NCBI RefSeq assembly: GCF_039654945.1
Contig: NW_027361728.1
Span: 48,484,001-48,548,000 of the forward strand
Reading direction: 5' to 3'
Source: Dendrobates tinctorius
Lineage: Eukaryota
Length of the DNA: 64,000 nt
Shown here: piece after piece, positions 1 to 13,460 of the stretch
How the letters are laid out: each line of letters starts with the position of its first letter
How positions within the stretch are numbered: the stretch's first letter is position 1
Translations under genes and position numbers: made by a program
The notes under the pieces: generated by a model
What the model saw: the letters and a program-made list of their open reading frames with translations, nothing else
Database searches by the model: none
What the model was told of the DNA's origin: nothing

Positions 1-12
1 GTCTGAAATTCA

Positions 13-1278
13 TTGATGCGCATTGGCTGGTCATCCAGGTATTTTTGGTACCAGAGATTTGGTGAGTCGGTCCTTTTGGTGGCCTGCCTTATCTTGTACA
101 GTCCTGTGGGACTTGTTCTCGGTCTAAACCCTCGTTCTAGTGGGTTGCTGATGCCCTTGCTGGTGCCCAAGAGGCCATGGACCCAAATCTCAATGGATTT
201 TATTTTTGATCTTCCTGTCTCTCAGAAAATGACTGTTATCTGGGTGATTTGTGATAGATTTTCGAAGATGGTCCATCTTGTACCACTCCCAAAGTTGCCA
301 TCTTCCGCTGAGTTGGTGCCCTTGTTTTTACAACAGGTGGTTCGGTTACCTGGGATTCCTGAGAACATTGTGTCCGACAGAGGAGTCCAGTTTGTTTCCA
401 GATTCTGGAAAGCCTTTTGTTCCAATCTTGGAATTCCGTTATCCTTCTCCTCCGCGTTTCATCCCCAGACCAATGGACAGACTGAGCGAACAAACCAGAC
501 CTTGGAGTCTTATTTGAGATGTTTTATATCTGCTGATCAGGATGATTGGGTCTCATTTTTACCCTTGGCCGAATTCGCACTGAACAATAGAGCTTGCTCT
601 GCCACTTTGATGTCACCCTTTTTCTGTAATTTTGGGTTTCATCCTCGATTCTCTTCAGGGCAATTGGAATCTTCGTCTTGCCCAGGTGTGGACACTATGG
701 TTGAGAGAATGCAGCAGATATGGGACCAAGTGGTGGATAAGTTGTCACTCTCCCAGGAAAAGGCCCAGCAATTTTCCAACCGGCATAGGACCATTGGTCC
801 CCAGTTTAAAGTGGGTGATATGGTTTGGTTGCCGTCTAAGAATATTCCTATGAAGGTTGCATCTCCTAAATTTAAGCCAAGATTTATTGGTCCTTATAAG
901 ATTTTGGAAATTCTTAATCCTGTTTCATTTCGATTGGCTCTTCCAGTTACGTTCAAGATCCATAACGTATTTCACAAATCTCTGTTGAACAGGTTTGCTG
1001 AGCCAGTGGTTCCTATGGCGGCACCTCCTGACCCTGTGTTGGTCGAAGGCAATGTGGAATATGAGGTAGAGAAAATATTGGATTCTCGTTTGGTTAGACG
1101 GAGACTCCAGTATTTGGTCAAATGGAAGGGTTATGGTCAGGAGGATAATTCTTGGGTCTCTGCCTCCGATATTCATGCCAATAGATTGGTTCGTGCTTTT
1201 CACCGGGCCCATCCTGATCGGCCTGGTGGCGTGGATGAGGGTTCGGTGACCCCTCCTCAAGGGGGGGTACTGTTGTGA
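13..1278 (+). pseudogene. Gypsy/Ty3 chromovirus-type integrase with C-terminal chromodomain (3' end of pol; N-terminal Zn-binding part in a different frame)
   Basis: Core motifs PWTQISMDF, DRFSKM, IVSDRGVQF and HPQTNGQTERTNQTLE (DDE); GPY/F motif KFKPRFIGPYKI; chromodomain YEVEKILDSR..YLVKWKGYGQEDNSW. An alternative frame at ~25-85 reads LAGHPGIFGTRDLVSRSFWWP, so there is a frameshift. Confidence 0.95.
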
Positions 1279-2125
1279 GTTCATTCTCGGGTTCCCCTTC
1301 CGAACTCCCTCTGGTGGTGTCGGGAGGTGGTGCGGCTGGTTTGATTTGTGGAGATCTGCCACCTGAGGATGGGGATGATGATTGGATCTTGGGATTCTCA
1401 GATTGGATTTAAGACAGCCGACGCCCTATTCAGTTGCTGGTGATTCCTTCTGGCTTGTCAGCTCTTGGTTTTCAGCTCTGTTCCAGTCATCTAAAGCTAA
1501 GTTTTTCTGCTAATGTTCACACTTGTTTTTTTGGTCTATTCAGTTTTTTGTGTGGTCTGCCAGCCCCGGCTGGGGGCGGAGCTGAATTTCCACTCTTTTA
1601 TCAGTATTTTGCCAATTGGCTTTTTGTCCCTTACTAGTTTGGTCTCTTTTTGCTCTGTCTCAGAATATTCCAGAGTGCTGATATAGTGGGAGAAGTCTAG
1701 TGACTTCAGGTTTAATTTTGCTATCAGAAGAGTTGGACATTATTTTTGTAGGGTTTTTTGCAGGTTGCAGACAGTGACTTGCCTTTCCTTTCCTGTCTAG
1801 TTAGTTTGGGCCCCATCATTTGCTCAGCCTATTTTCCTGCCTGTGTTTGTGCCTTCATCTTGTTTCACCGTCAATACATGTGTGGGGGTTATCTATTCCT
1901 TTGGGGTCTGCTCTGGGGCAGTTAGTTTTCCCTTTTCTTGCTTTAGGCTTATGTAGTCCTCTGACCGTGACGAGGCGTCTAGGAACATCGTAGGCACGCT
2001 CCACGGCTACTGCTAGTTGTGTGGTACGATCAGGGATCTGCAATCTGCATAGTTACCAACTTCTCTGGTTTTCTGTGGCTTAGCCTATTTTGTTTTTTTT
2101 CTTCCTCGGTGACCCTTTAATAACA
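1271..2125 (+). mobile_element. 3' LTR of the Gypsy element (preceded by a polypurine tract at ~1259-1267)
   Basis: AAGGGGGGG PPT, then TAC, then TGTTGTGA...TAATAACA (TG..CA termini). Related in sequence to the solo LTR at 31342-32164. Confidence 0.88.
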
Positions 2126-2364
2126 TCCGGGGCTTCATGCGCACTACACTGAAGGGACCAGCTTTTGTCGCTTACAGGTGCAGATAACCCGCTGAACACT
2201 GTTAGTGATGGGGATCTGGGATTCCAATTATTCCCCGCAAATGATGATTTACCAGTAAGTGCAGGTCAACCGCAATTTCAGAATTAGGCCTAACTGGCAT
2301 TCCTGAAAAAATGAAAAAATTACGTGTCCAAACTACAGGTGCTGTAGCTTGCTTAACAGCTCGG

Positions 2365-2775
2365 CAGCTATTCTCAGGCCCAGTATGGATTCGACAGCAT
2401 TGTTGAAAGTTGATAAAGGGTACAGTTTCACCGGATAACACGTTTATATGTAGCATGGTTTACACATTAAAAACCTATGTCTGTATATCAGGAGTCAGGC
2501 TCAGATGGTCTCAGGCCCAGTATGGATTAGGCATGATTGGACAAAGGTGAGAAAGGGTAACGTATCACCGGATTACAGGTATGCATAGCATAGTTTACAC
2601 ATTAAAAATATTTGTCTATAGATCAGGAGGCAGACTCAGATGTTCTCAGGCCCAGTATGGATATGACCACATTTTACAAAGTTGAGAAAGGGTACATTAT
2701 CACTGGATAGCAGGTATATATAGCATAGTTTAAACATTTAAAATCTCCGTGTTGTCAGTATGGATTAGACAACAA
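2365..2775. repeat. Diverged ~135-bp tandem repeat (about 3 copies) inside the hAT element
   Basis: CTCAGGCCCAGTATGGAT recurs at ~2373, ~2510 and ~2644. Confidence 0.75.
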
Positions 2776-3877
2776 TCTAAAAAGTCGAAAAAAGAAAATG
2801 TATTTGAAGCGTACACCAGTATTCACTTTTGATGGTATTTTTAAATCTTCATATATATTTCTGTCTCAGTTAGACAGTCCAGCCTTTCCGCAATAGGAAA
2901 TGAGATGCATTCAATTACTGATATAAAGTCTAGTGATTGCAGAAATCTAGGAATTACTAATCAAGAGAAAAACTTCCGTCACAATTCTCAGAGGCGATGC
3001 TGACCCTCAATTAATTTGTGTGTGGAGACAGCGAAAACATTTCTTTGTGAAGAAAGTGTTGCTGTATCACAGTACCGTTGATCCCATCACCGTTACTCTT
3101 CTCCATCAAATTTTTATCACAGGGAGAGATGTAAACATGGTGCTCACTGCCTATCATGATCTGTCACGTAACTTTGGAGTGCAAAAGACAGAAGCCACAG
3201 GCCGTAGGCGATTCTATGGGATTGGCATGAGAGGGCACATTTAAAAATGTGCGCCGGAATGTCACACGTCTGTGAGTAGGAAAACTGTGAAAGCTGATGA
3301 TAAAACACCACTGCATGTCATTGTGAGTCGACATCCATAAGAAATGGAAGCCATTAATCATCTGAAGCTAGAGCCCGGCCAGCGGGACAGGGCATAGCTA
3401 CGTCTTAACCATCATCTATCAGTTCAACAAATGTGTAGTGGCAGTCCCAGTGAAGGATTTGACAGCCCAGACTACACAGCAGAGGAGCAGGGAGAGGTAA
3501 ACATTGCAAATGCTGTGGCCCTGCCCAAGCAAGGGGTGCACACTCGTGGGCGTCGGTACTGGCACTGGGCCCCTCATAGTACGGCGGTGTGTCTGACGGC
3601 AGGTGTGCACCCCCACCGTCAGAGACACTTGATTGCACTATGAGGGACCCTGTGCCAGTGCTCGCGCCCAAGAGTCGGCCTACCCACCTGTCCAGGGCAA
3701 CGGCATTCGCACGGTTGCGTGTGCTAGGTGATGATCCCGGCCATGGAGGGGAGGCAGCCCAGTTAGGGAGGTTTACAAAACGGCATATGTTAATGTGGGA
3801 CATTCAGCTGCTGCTAAAGGCGAAATGGGTCAAGTCCGAGGAAGAGGAGGACCAAAGCAAGCCATTTTTCTGGCAAC

Positions 3878-6800
3878 CTATGTGTCATCAGGGTAAGGTG
3901 GGACAAAATGCTTGGAAACCCATGCATGGTTCCTTTTTATGAAGGTTAGATCATCCACATTTTGGGTCGACAGATGGGTCCTTTTTTATGTCAGGATTAA
4001 TCCAGCAGCACTGAAGACTCTTTCCGATAGCACACTTGCAGCTGGGCAAGCGAGCTCCTGTAAGGCATATTGTGCCAATTCAGGCCAGGTGTCCAGTTTA
4101 GAGGCCCAATAGTCAAATGGAAATGACCTGTGAGGGAGAACATCGATATGGGACGAGAAGTAGTTTGTAACCATAGTTGACAACTGCTGTCTCCTGTCAC
4201 TTTCAATCGATGCAGTATTACTAGTCGTGTGAGCGGGACTTGAAAGATCAGTCCACAACATGGTCATGAAACCCCTGTCTCCAACGCCACTCCTGATGTG
4301 TGCACCACGAACACCTCTTCCAAGCTGCCCCCTGCCCCTACGGCTCGTGTGAGAACCATCACCGCTGCTGTGTGCTGGGAATGCCTCAACCAACAGGTTT
4401 ACAAGAGTTGCTTGTTTGTTAGCCACTATTAGGTCAAGGTTCTCCTGTGGCATTATGTTTTGGAAATTGCCTTTATAGCATGGATCCAGGATGCTGGCCA
4501 ACCAGTAGTCGTCATCGTTCATCATTTTGGCAATGCGGGGGTCCCTTTTTAGGATCTGCAAGGCATAATCTGACATGTGGACCAATGTTCCCGGTGTCAA
4601 TGATGCACTGCGAGTGCTGGGTGGAGGAGCACTTTCTGACAAATCCACATCCCTCCAGTCACGCACAAACCCTGTACCAGACCTTGCCACGCCAACATTT
4701 TCTCTTGCCCCACAAGAAGCATCCTCCTCCCCTAAATAATCATCCCCATCATCATCCTCCTCCTCCTCTTCCTCTTCTTCCTCCACCTCATCCAGGAGAG
4801 GTCCGGATCAGACAATGGCTGACTGTCATCAAGGCTTCCCTCCTCCTCTTCCTCCTCATCAACCTCGGCTGCAGACGCCTGCTCCTTAATGTGCGTCAAC
4901 GTTTGCATGAGCAGACGCATAAGTGGGATGCTCATGCTTATGATGGCATCGTCTGCGCTTACCAGCCGTGTGCATTCCTCAAAACACTGAAGGACTTTAC
5001 AGAGGTCTTTCAGCTTGGACCACTGCACACCTGTCAACTCCATGTCTGCCCTCAAAGTGCCTGCCCGTGTATCCTCCCACAAATGCATTATGGCCTGCCT
5101 CTGTTCGCACAGCCGCTCAACCATGTGCAGGGTGGATTTCCATCTTGTTGCAACGTCGATAATTAGGTGGTGCTTGGGAAGGTGGAGCAATCGCTGCAGC
5201 TTCTGCATACGACTGGAGTGTACCGGCGATCGGCGGATGTGCGAGCACAGTCTTCGTACCTTATGGAGCAGGCCTGCTAACTCCGGATAATTATTGAGGA
5301 AGCACTGCACCACCAGGTTCAAGGTGTGAGCCAAGCAAGGTATGTGTCTGAGTTTTGAAAGGGCTATGGCTGCCACAAAATTCCAGCCGTTATCACTAAC
5401 TACCTTGCTTACCTCAAGATGTAGACTGCCCAGCCATGACTCAGTTTGTCGCTGAAAGTAGTCGGCCAGTACCTCCGCGGTGTATCTGTCGCCCAAACAC
5501 ATCATCTTCAACACAGCCTGCTGATGCTTTCCACTAGCTGCTCGATAGGGGGACACCTCGTGTGCAACACTGGCAGCTGCGAATGGAGTGCTCGTGCGAC
5601 TGTGCTCTGTGGACGAGCTTTCACTTCTGGAGGAGGAGGAGAAGGGTCGACCGCCTACAGCCAACTGTTTCCTATACCTTGGGCTAGGCAGCACTGTCCC
5701 ACCACCGCTGTCCCCTGTGGACCCTGCATCCACCACATTAACCCAGTGCGCAGTGATGGACACGTAAAGGCCCTGGCCATGCCTACTGGACCATACATCA
5801 GTTGTGAGGTGCACCTTTCCACTCACTGATTGCTTGAGTGCATGGACAATGCGGACTTCCACATGAAGGTGGAGGGCTGGGATGGCTTTGCGAGAAAAGA
5901 AGTGGCAACTGGGTAGGTCATAGTGTGCTAGAAAGTGCTAGTTCGCGGAAAGCTGCGCTTTCAACCAAGCGATAGGGCGTCATCTCTAATGAGATTAGTT
6001 TGGCAATGTGGGCATTCAAACCCAGTGTACGCGGATGAGAGGATGAGTACTTTCTTTTCCTACTGAGAGTCTCTGGTAGGGTGAGCTGGACTTGAGAGCT
6101 GCATATGGTGGAACTAGCGGTGGACATGGCGGACTGAGAGAGGGTTGATGATGGTGATGGAGTTGGTGTTCTTTCTGATGGCCTAGATTCAGTCTTTCGT
6201 TGATATAACATTGTGATTCCCTGACTGCTTTGGCCTTGCGATGACACCTCAACATTTACTGCTGGTGGTGTGCTAACTGGTGGGCTTACAGTGGGGGAAA
6301 CAATGTAGCGTTGCTGACTACCTTCTTTGGGAGCAGTTGCACATGTGGTATATGAGGTTTGGTAGTCTGTCCAGGCTTGCAAGTGCATGGTGGTTAAATG
6401 TCTAGGCATGCAACTGGTATTCAAATTTCTCAGATTTTTCCCTCGGCTAAAGGTCTTTGCGCACTTCTTACAGATAACCTTTCCCTGATCATTAGGATTT
6501 TGTTAAAAAAAGTGCCACACTGCACTCTTCTTACTATGGAAGACATTTTGAGGCCTTGCACGCTGTGCTATTTTGACCATCTGGCCAAGCTGTCCTGCAA
6601 CTCTTTTGGTTTTTGTAACCCATTTTTGGACTGCTCCGGGCCAGCCAGATAAGAGCTGTTGCGATGTCAATGCTTGCTGCGGATGCTCCTCCTCCTCTTC
6701 TGAGCTATTGGCAGCGGCACCCTCTTCCCCTAGTGGATGCCAATCTGGGTCAACAACTGGGTCATCCATCACATCCTCTTCAATGTCATGTGCACTTTCC

Positions 6801-7424
6801 TCTGTGACCGTGTCTGGTGGTATAGTACGGGGGAAGGGGCACCTGAGTTTCATCAGGGTCAGATTCTGACTCAGTACACTGCGAGAACAATGTAGTGATC
6901 TGAGTCAATGTACCAGCAGATAAATCTAGCAGTGGCTGTGCATCAGTGCACTCCATGTCAGATTCATCTTGGCCTGGGTAATTCACGATTTGACTTGATA
7001 ACCCAGGCATGGTATGTGAAAACAGCTCCTTGTAGTAATCTGTAGTGTGGCCTTCCGCATCCTTCAATTTTTGTTGGGGTGAAGGATACAAGGAAAGATG
7101 TGGCTCATGACCATGAGCCCCCAATGACAACTCAGTGTTTTTATTTTTTAAAACTTCAGAAGAGGAGGTGATAGAGCTGGAGGCTGAGTCAGCAATGTGA
7201 GCCAACACTTGTTCCTGAAGCTCCGGCTTTAAAAGCGTTTTACCTACTCCCAGAAAAGGGAGTCTTCGAGGCCTTTTGGAGCCAGACAATGACACAGGCT
7301 CAACACCTCCTGCATTTGGTGCTATTTTGCTTTTGCCACTACCAGCAGATCCAACACCAACACCATCATTACCAGCTGGCAACCCCCGCCCACTTCCACG
7401 GACTCTTCCACCACACTTCCTCAT
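3878..7424 (-). pseudogene. hAT (ZBED-like) transposase, frameshifted over five ORF pieces
   Basis: BED-finger start KSAVWHFF; VHLTTDVWSSRHGQGLYVSITAHW; VVSDNG; HIPCLAHTLNLVVQ; DVATRWKST; dimerisation domain WPELAQYALQELACPAASVLSERVFSAAG; C-terminus reads through a stop as KRTHLSTQNVDDLTFIKRN. Confidence 0.93.
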
Positions 7425-7510
7425 TTTTGGGGAAAATGTACCCAAAATACCACCAACTATATGGTACTGTAAAACAAGGTACAAGGTGAATGTAGTAGTG
7501 GGGAGTATTT

Positions 7511-8200
7511 GAATCTCTCTACAGACTTCAGGACACAGTTGTATTCTGTCAGGCCCTGTATATTTTACACCTCAAAGTAACAGGCTGATTCAGGATGGTG
7601 AAAAAGAGGTTTATAGAGGACTAGGGCGAAATGGAATCTCTCTACAGACTTCAGGACACAGTTGGATTCTGTCAGGCCCTGGGTATATTACACCTCAAAT
7701 TAACAGGCTGATTCTGGATGGTGTAAAAAAGGTGTATAGAGGACTGGGGAGAAATGAAATCTCTCTACAGACTTCAGGACACAATTGTATTCTGTCAGGC
7801 CCTGTGTATTTTACACCTCAAAGTAACAGGCTGATTCTGGATGGTGTAAAAAAGGTGTATAGAGGACTGGGGAGAAATGGAATCTCTCTACAGACTTCAG
7901 GACACAGTTGGATTCTGTCAGGCCCTGGGTATATTACACCTCAAATTAACAGGCTGATTTTGGATGGTGAAAAAGAGGTTTATAGAGGACTAGGGAGAAA
8001 TGAAATCTCTCTACAGACTTCAGGACACAATTGTATTCTGTCAGGCCCTGTGTATTTTACACCTCAAAGTAACAGGCTGATTCTGGATGGTGTAAAAAAG
8101 GTGTATAGAGGACTGGGGAGAAATGGAATCTCTCTACAGACTTCAGGACACAGTTGGATTCTGTCAGGCCCTGTGTATATTACAAAGCAATGTAACAGGC
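7511..8200. repeat. 123-bp tandem array (~5.5 copies) inside the hAT element
   Basis: AATCTCTCTACAGACTTCAGG at 7512, 7635, 7758, 7881, 8004 and 8127 (exact 123-bp spacing). Confidence 0.95.
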
Positions 8201-8264
8201 AGAAATTGCCTAGTGTATGTCAAGCTGCAAGGTGTATATAGAATTGGGCAGAACTGGAATCTCC

Positions 8265-8940
8265 CTAGAGTATAGGTCTGTAAGAACGGACAAACTCCTC
8301 GACTTTTTCTTACAGAGTCACACCCAGATAGCTTCAATTTGGCCGTGATACCAGCCAGTACACAGTACTGTGTGAGGAGCATACACGTACACCGCTGTAC
8401 GGTATGTGTATGTAAAATTGTCCAGCTCCGTGTTTTTGTATACGGACTAACACACGCTGTCTCTTTCTAGTTTTGAATGTAATCAATCAGCAGATATACA
8501 AAACTGTTTGAAAAACGGATAAAACTCTAAGGTGTAGGTCTTTAAGAATGGACAAACTCCTCGGCTTTTCCTTACAGAGTCACACACAGATTGTCAAGCT
8601 CCGTGTTTTTGTATACGGACTAACACACGCTGTCTCTCTCTAGTTTTGAATGTAATCAAACAGCAGATATATGAAACTGCTTGAAAAACGGACAAAACTC
8701 TAAGGTGTAGGTCTGTAAGAACGGACAAAATCCTCGGCTTTTCCTTACAGAGTCACACACAGGTTGTCAAGCTCCGTGTTTTTGTATATGGACTGACACA
8801 TGCTGTCTCTCTCTAGTTTTGAATGTAATCAAACAGCAAATATACAAAACTGTTTGAAAAACGGACAAAATTCTAAGGTGTAGTTCTGTAAGAACGGACA
8901 AACTCCTCAGCTTTTCCTTACAGAGTCACACACACATAGC
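8265..8940. repeat. 173-bp tandem array (3+ copies) inside the hAT element
   Basis: CTCCGTGTTTTTGTATA at 8426, 8599 and 8772. Confidence 0.9.
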
Positions 8941-9616
8941 TTCAATTTGGCCATGATAACAGCCAGTACACGTTACTGTGTCAGGAGCATACACCGCTGT
9001 ACGGTGTGTGAAAAAATGAACGCTCAGTACCTAACCAGGACAAAACAATAAATTTTGGATTGCTTTTAAAAAAGCAGTTTGAACCCCAGTGTGCACACAG
9101 CAATGCAGGTAGTCTTAAAAGGCAGCCTAATCACCACCAGCGCTGCTGCACAAAAGCAAACATCTTCACCTTTCACTGCACACTAACTACAGTGAAAAGC
9201 GCTATCAGCAGAAGCAGTTTCTTTTTTCTTTTGGCCTTCCTAACGCTCTCCCTACAGAATCAGAAGCAGCAGCAGCTCTCCCTATTGTGAGATCAGCATA
9301 AGTAATATGGCAGTTGGCGTGCACGCCCTTTTATACCCCCTTTCGCGCCACACAAAGCAAGCCAATCATTGCATGCCCTTCTCAAAGATGGTGGTGACCG
9401 CTACCTATGTCATCACGTTGCCCACAGTGTCCGTTCTTCCTGATTGGCTGAAAAAGGGCACTAAAGCATCTTTTGAAACGCGACTTTGGCGCAATGGTCG
9501 CCGACCTCGTGGCCAACCTCACGCTAAGGTCGGGTTTCGTTTCATGAAACACAACTTTGGCGAAAGTCGGCGACTTTTGAATTTTTTTTGACCCGTTTCG
9601 CTCAACTCTATTCATC

Positions 9617-9971
9617 ACCTGTGACCTACCCTGGCCACATTATATGGTTCATAGCCACGCCCACGGGTCACATGACTCTGACCTCATCACAGGTCCTTCA
9701 AGCATTTACACATTCTTTCCAACACTTCTTTAAACACACCCCCTGGGTGGGTTTGTAGGTAACCAGGCACGCGCATCTCTCTAGTTACCTGGAGACTTCT
9801 CCCTTACACATTGAAACAACACCTCAGCAATATCATTGCTGAACAACACATAAGTCTCCATCCCAAAGCCACCCACTTTGGGATAGATAACGGCCATTCC
9901 GTATTCTGCCATTCATCCTTTCTCCTGGGACATCCACACGGTGCCCCCTAGCGGACACAGTGGTTACTACA
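9617..9971 (-). mobile_element. Partial LTR (same family as 21431-22141), truncated by the hAT insertion
   Basis: 9728-9971 is near-identical to 21896-22141; ends ...ACTACACCACA followed by ATAT. Confidence 0.8.
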
Positions 9972-12479
9972 CCACAATATCCATTGTGCATGTGGTTAAT
10001 TTTAGAATTTAATAATACAAGTTCATTTTTAACGTCCACTATTTTGCTACCTAATATTGAATTAATTAGAGGCCATACATTAGGAATGAGAAATCACTAA
10101 AATGCTCGGATGCTCATTACTTGAACTTAGCAATTCCTAACGCTTTGATGCTCAATTCAAGTAACGACTATAATGGGAGTCAATGGGAATCCAAGAATTT
10201 TTCTGGCAGACCCTACAAGGAGGTTTGGGGAGCAGTGAAAATGTTGAAATTGTTGGACAAAGTGCTGAATGGAAGAAGAACAGCATGGGGAAGATCCCTG
10301 GAAGCATTTCTGACTCATATATTGCTGCTGAGAAAAATGGTGTCACACTTTTACTCCACTTTACCAACTGAAAATAAAATGCATAAGAAATTGGAGTATA
10401 TAGGAAAAAATGTTACAAAACTTTCTTTCCTCTAGAATGACTTGTATATAAGGCAAAATTAAAAAAAAAAAAGATTTTTATAAAAATATACAGTATTTTA
10501 GGTAAATCAAATTGAATTTTCTTATTAATTTGTAATACATTTTTAATCATTTTTATTAAAAAAATTAAAATTTCAGTGTAATTTATGAAGGAACCAAGAT
10601 CTGCCAAAAATTAGATGGAAGAGGAATCTCCACTGGAAACAGCACTGGCAGCTTTTGTGGTCATTGTGCAGGTACTGCAGCATATGCTGGCTCTTGTGTT
10701 CCAGGTTGTCCAGATGCAATGACAAGCTGTCCTTGGTGGGAGGTATATCATTTGGGTACTCTGTATTCCCCCCAGCCACACTCCAGTGATGCCAATGAGT
10801 TGATCTAAGGGCCTCCCTACTCTGAACATAGTTGATCATTATCAATCATCATCATTACACCCCACCTGGCTATACAGTTGGGTACCTTGCTGCTGTTTGG
10901 ACTGTAGTGCACCCTCCAAGCCATGTGTGGACAACAGGCTTGATAACGATGTGAATTAGACCTGCTCCTCTTCCTTCTATGCCACCACCTCATCCATCAT
11001 GGCCTGAATTGTTTTTTTTGCAGCAAGCATATAAGTGGTAAAGCAACACTGATGATAGCATTATAGGCACTGGCCATATTGGTGGAATATTTCAAACAGA
11101 GCAAGATGCATCTCACATCCCGCATGGAAGTTCACTCATTGGTGGTGAAATGGTGTTGTGTTGCAGAGTTAATCAGACATGCTTGCTGCAGCTGAAACTC
11201 CATGATTGCCTGCTGCTCGCACTGTCTCTCCAGCAAATGCAAGATGAAGTTCCACCTTGTTGGTGCATTGCATTTCAGCTGTTGAGCTGGAAGGTAGTAG
11301 CGATGTGCAGACAGGTGAGCAGCAACAGGGCGGGAACGGAGAATGCGCACACACTGGCCACACTTTCAGCAGTAGCTCTGACATGTATGGGTATTTTTTC
11401 TGGGAGTCCTGAACCACAAAGTTTAGACCATTCGCCAGGCAAGGGATGTGCATAAAACTGTCTACAAGAGCCGCTACAAGATTTTGCCCTTTATCGCACA
11501 CCACCAGGCTGGGCTTGAGGCCATAGATGCATCTTGCTGCTTTTTGATCTTAGTCCAGAGCTCCTGAATTTTGTGGGTTTTGTACCCCTAAACAGTAGGC
11601 TGTTCTTAATCTCCTCTGTCATTTCCCCCTGGCTGTGCTGAAGTTTCTTCCAGTGACCAGATGTGGAGTAAGAGGAAGATGCAACCTGGGCAAAAAAACA
11701 TTCAGCAATCCTAGGTGGTGGTAGGACATGAGCTAGAACTGCTACCGTCTCTGTCACAGCAGCCACTACATTTATCTAGTGGACAGTTAGGAAGATGTAA
11801 TATCCCTGGCCATGCTTACTGGTCCACACATTGGTGGCATTATGCAGTGCACACCTGAATTGCTGGTCAACATGTTTGTACAGGGCAGAGATAGCCCACC
11901 TGGAAAAGTAATGGTAGCTGGCAACAAGTTACTGCGGCACAGACACCAACATCAGTTTTTTTAAAACTGTCCATCACCATAAGCATTTCATAGGCCAGTA
12001 ATTTGGAAGTGCTGTCATTCAGGACCATGGCTCTTGTGTGGCTATGGGAGTATCTCCTCTTTCTCTCAAGGGATTGGGGCATGGAAAACTGAACACTTCC
12101 ACGTTACAGTGTGGTGATGCTAGGAGACACTGGTGGAAGCGATGCTGTCACTTGTGGGGAAGCAAGTGGCCCTGTTGATCATGAGTAAGAGGCTGAGACC
12201 ACAGCAGAAGTGGAAGGAGCAAGTTGGATCTATCATGCTTTTTAAGGTGTGTGCCTCATGTTTGGAATTCAGATGCCTCATAATTAGTGTTGAGCATTCC
12301 GATACCGCAAGTATCGGGTATCGGCCGATACTTGCTGTATCGGAATTCCGATACCGACTTCCGATATTTTTTCAATATCGGAATTCGGCATCGGAATCGG
12401 AAGTTCAGTTGATTGACGGCCTGACGTCATCATGATGCGCGGTGTGTGCGCATCATGATGCGCCGTCATTTCGGGCCTT

Positions 12480-12680
12480 CCGGGGGTCTCTGCCGGCCTG
12501 CCGGGGGGCTGTGCCGGCCTGCCGGGGGGCTGTGTGGACTGCCCGGGGTCTGTACCGGCCTGCCGGGGGGCTGTGCCGGCCTGCCGGTGGTCTGTGCACC
12601 CTGTGGGGGTCTGTACCGGCCTGCCGGGGGGCTGTGCCGGCCTGCCGGGGGGCTGTGCTGATGTCCGGGGGTCTGTGCAA
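12480..12680. repeat. GC-rich minisatellite (CTGTGCCGGCCTGCCGGGGGG, ~21 bp); inverted counterpart at ~15110-15400
   Basis: Read directly from the sequence. Confidence 0.9.
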
Positions 12681-12817
12681 GCATCGTCCGATGGGACTAC
12701 AAGTCCCATCGGGCGATGCCTGCTACCATGACAGTGATTGACACATTAGCCAATGATGGGACAGTAGTAGTCCCATCATCCGGCTAATGTGTTAAATGTT
12801 AAAAAAAAAAAAAAAAA

Positions 12818-13460
12818 TACTACATGCATGCTACATACATACTACATGCATGCTACATATATACTACATACATACTACATACATGCTACATACATACTGC
12901 ATGCTACATACATACTACATACATACTACATACATACTACATACATGCTACATACTGCATGCTACATACATACTACATACATACTACATGCATGCTACAT
13001 ACATACTACATATATACTACATACATACTACATACATGCTACATACATACTGCATGCTACATACATACTACATACATACTACATGCATACTACATATATA
13101 CTACATACATACTACATACATGCTACATATATACTACATGCTACATACATACTACATGCATGCTACATACATACTACATATATACTACATGCATGCTACA
13201 TACATACTACATACTACATATATACTACATACATACTACATATATACTACATACATACTGCATGCTACATACATACTACATACATACTACATACATACTA
13301 CATGCATGCTACATGCATGCTACATGCATGCTACATGCATGCTACATACATACTACATGCATGCTACATACATACCACATACATACTACATACATACCAC
13401 ATATATACTACATACATACAATACATTCATACAATACATACATAGACATACAGTACATAT
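12818..13460. repeat. Complex TACA/TGCA/TACTACA microsatellite; inverted counterpart at ~14050-14968
   Basis: Read directly from the sequence. Confidence 0.95.

Larger units (their letters stand above)
2126..9610 (-). mobile_element. Large hAT DNA transposon (the other end probably lies left of the Gypsy insertion, outside the window)
   Basis: Terminus TCGCTCAACTCTA ends at 9610 (reverse complement TAGAGTTGAGCGA, the same TIR as hAT MITEs here that have 8-bp TSDs). Contains a transposase pseudogene and internal tandem repeats. Confidence 0.8.

Noticed and set aside
3878-7424. Domesticated ZBED host gene
   Set aside because: Multiple frameshifts and stops, with a TIR and subterminal repeats still attached.
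7732-8241. 169-aa ORF with a 41-aa repeat
   Set aside because: Consequence of a 123-bp unit divisible by three; antisense to the transposase, no ATG start and no recognisable domain.
7511-8940. Regularly spaced repeats as a CRISPR array
   Set aside because: Whole units repeat with no unique spacers; eukaryotic context and no cas genes.
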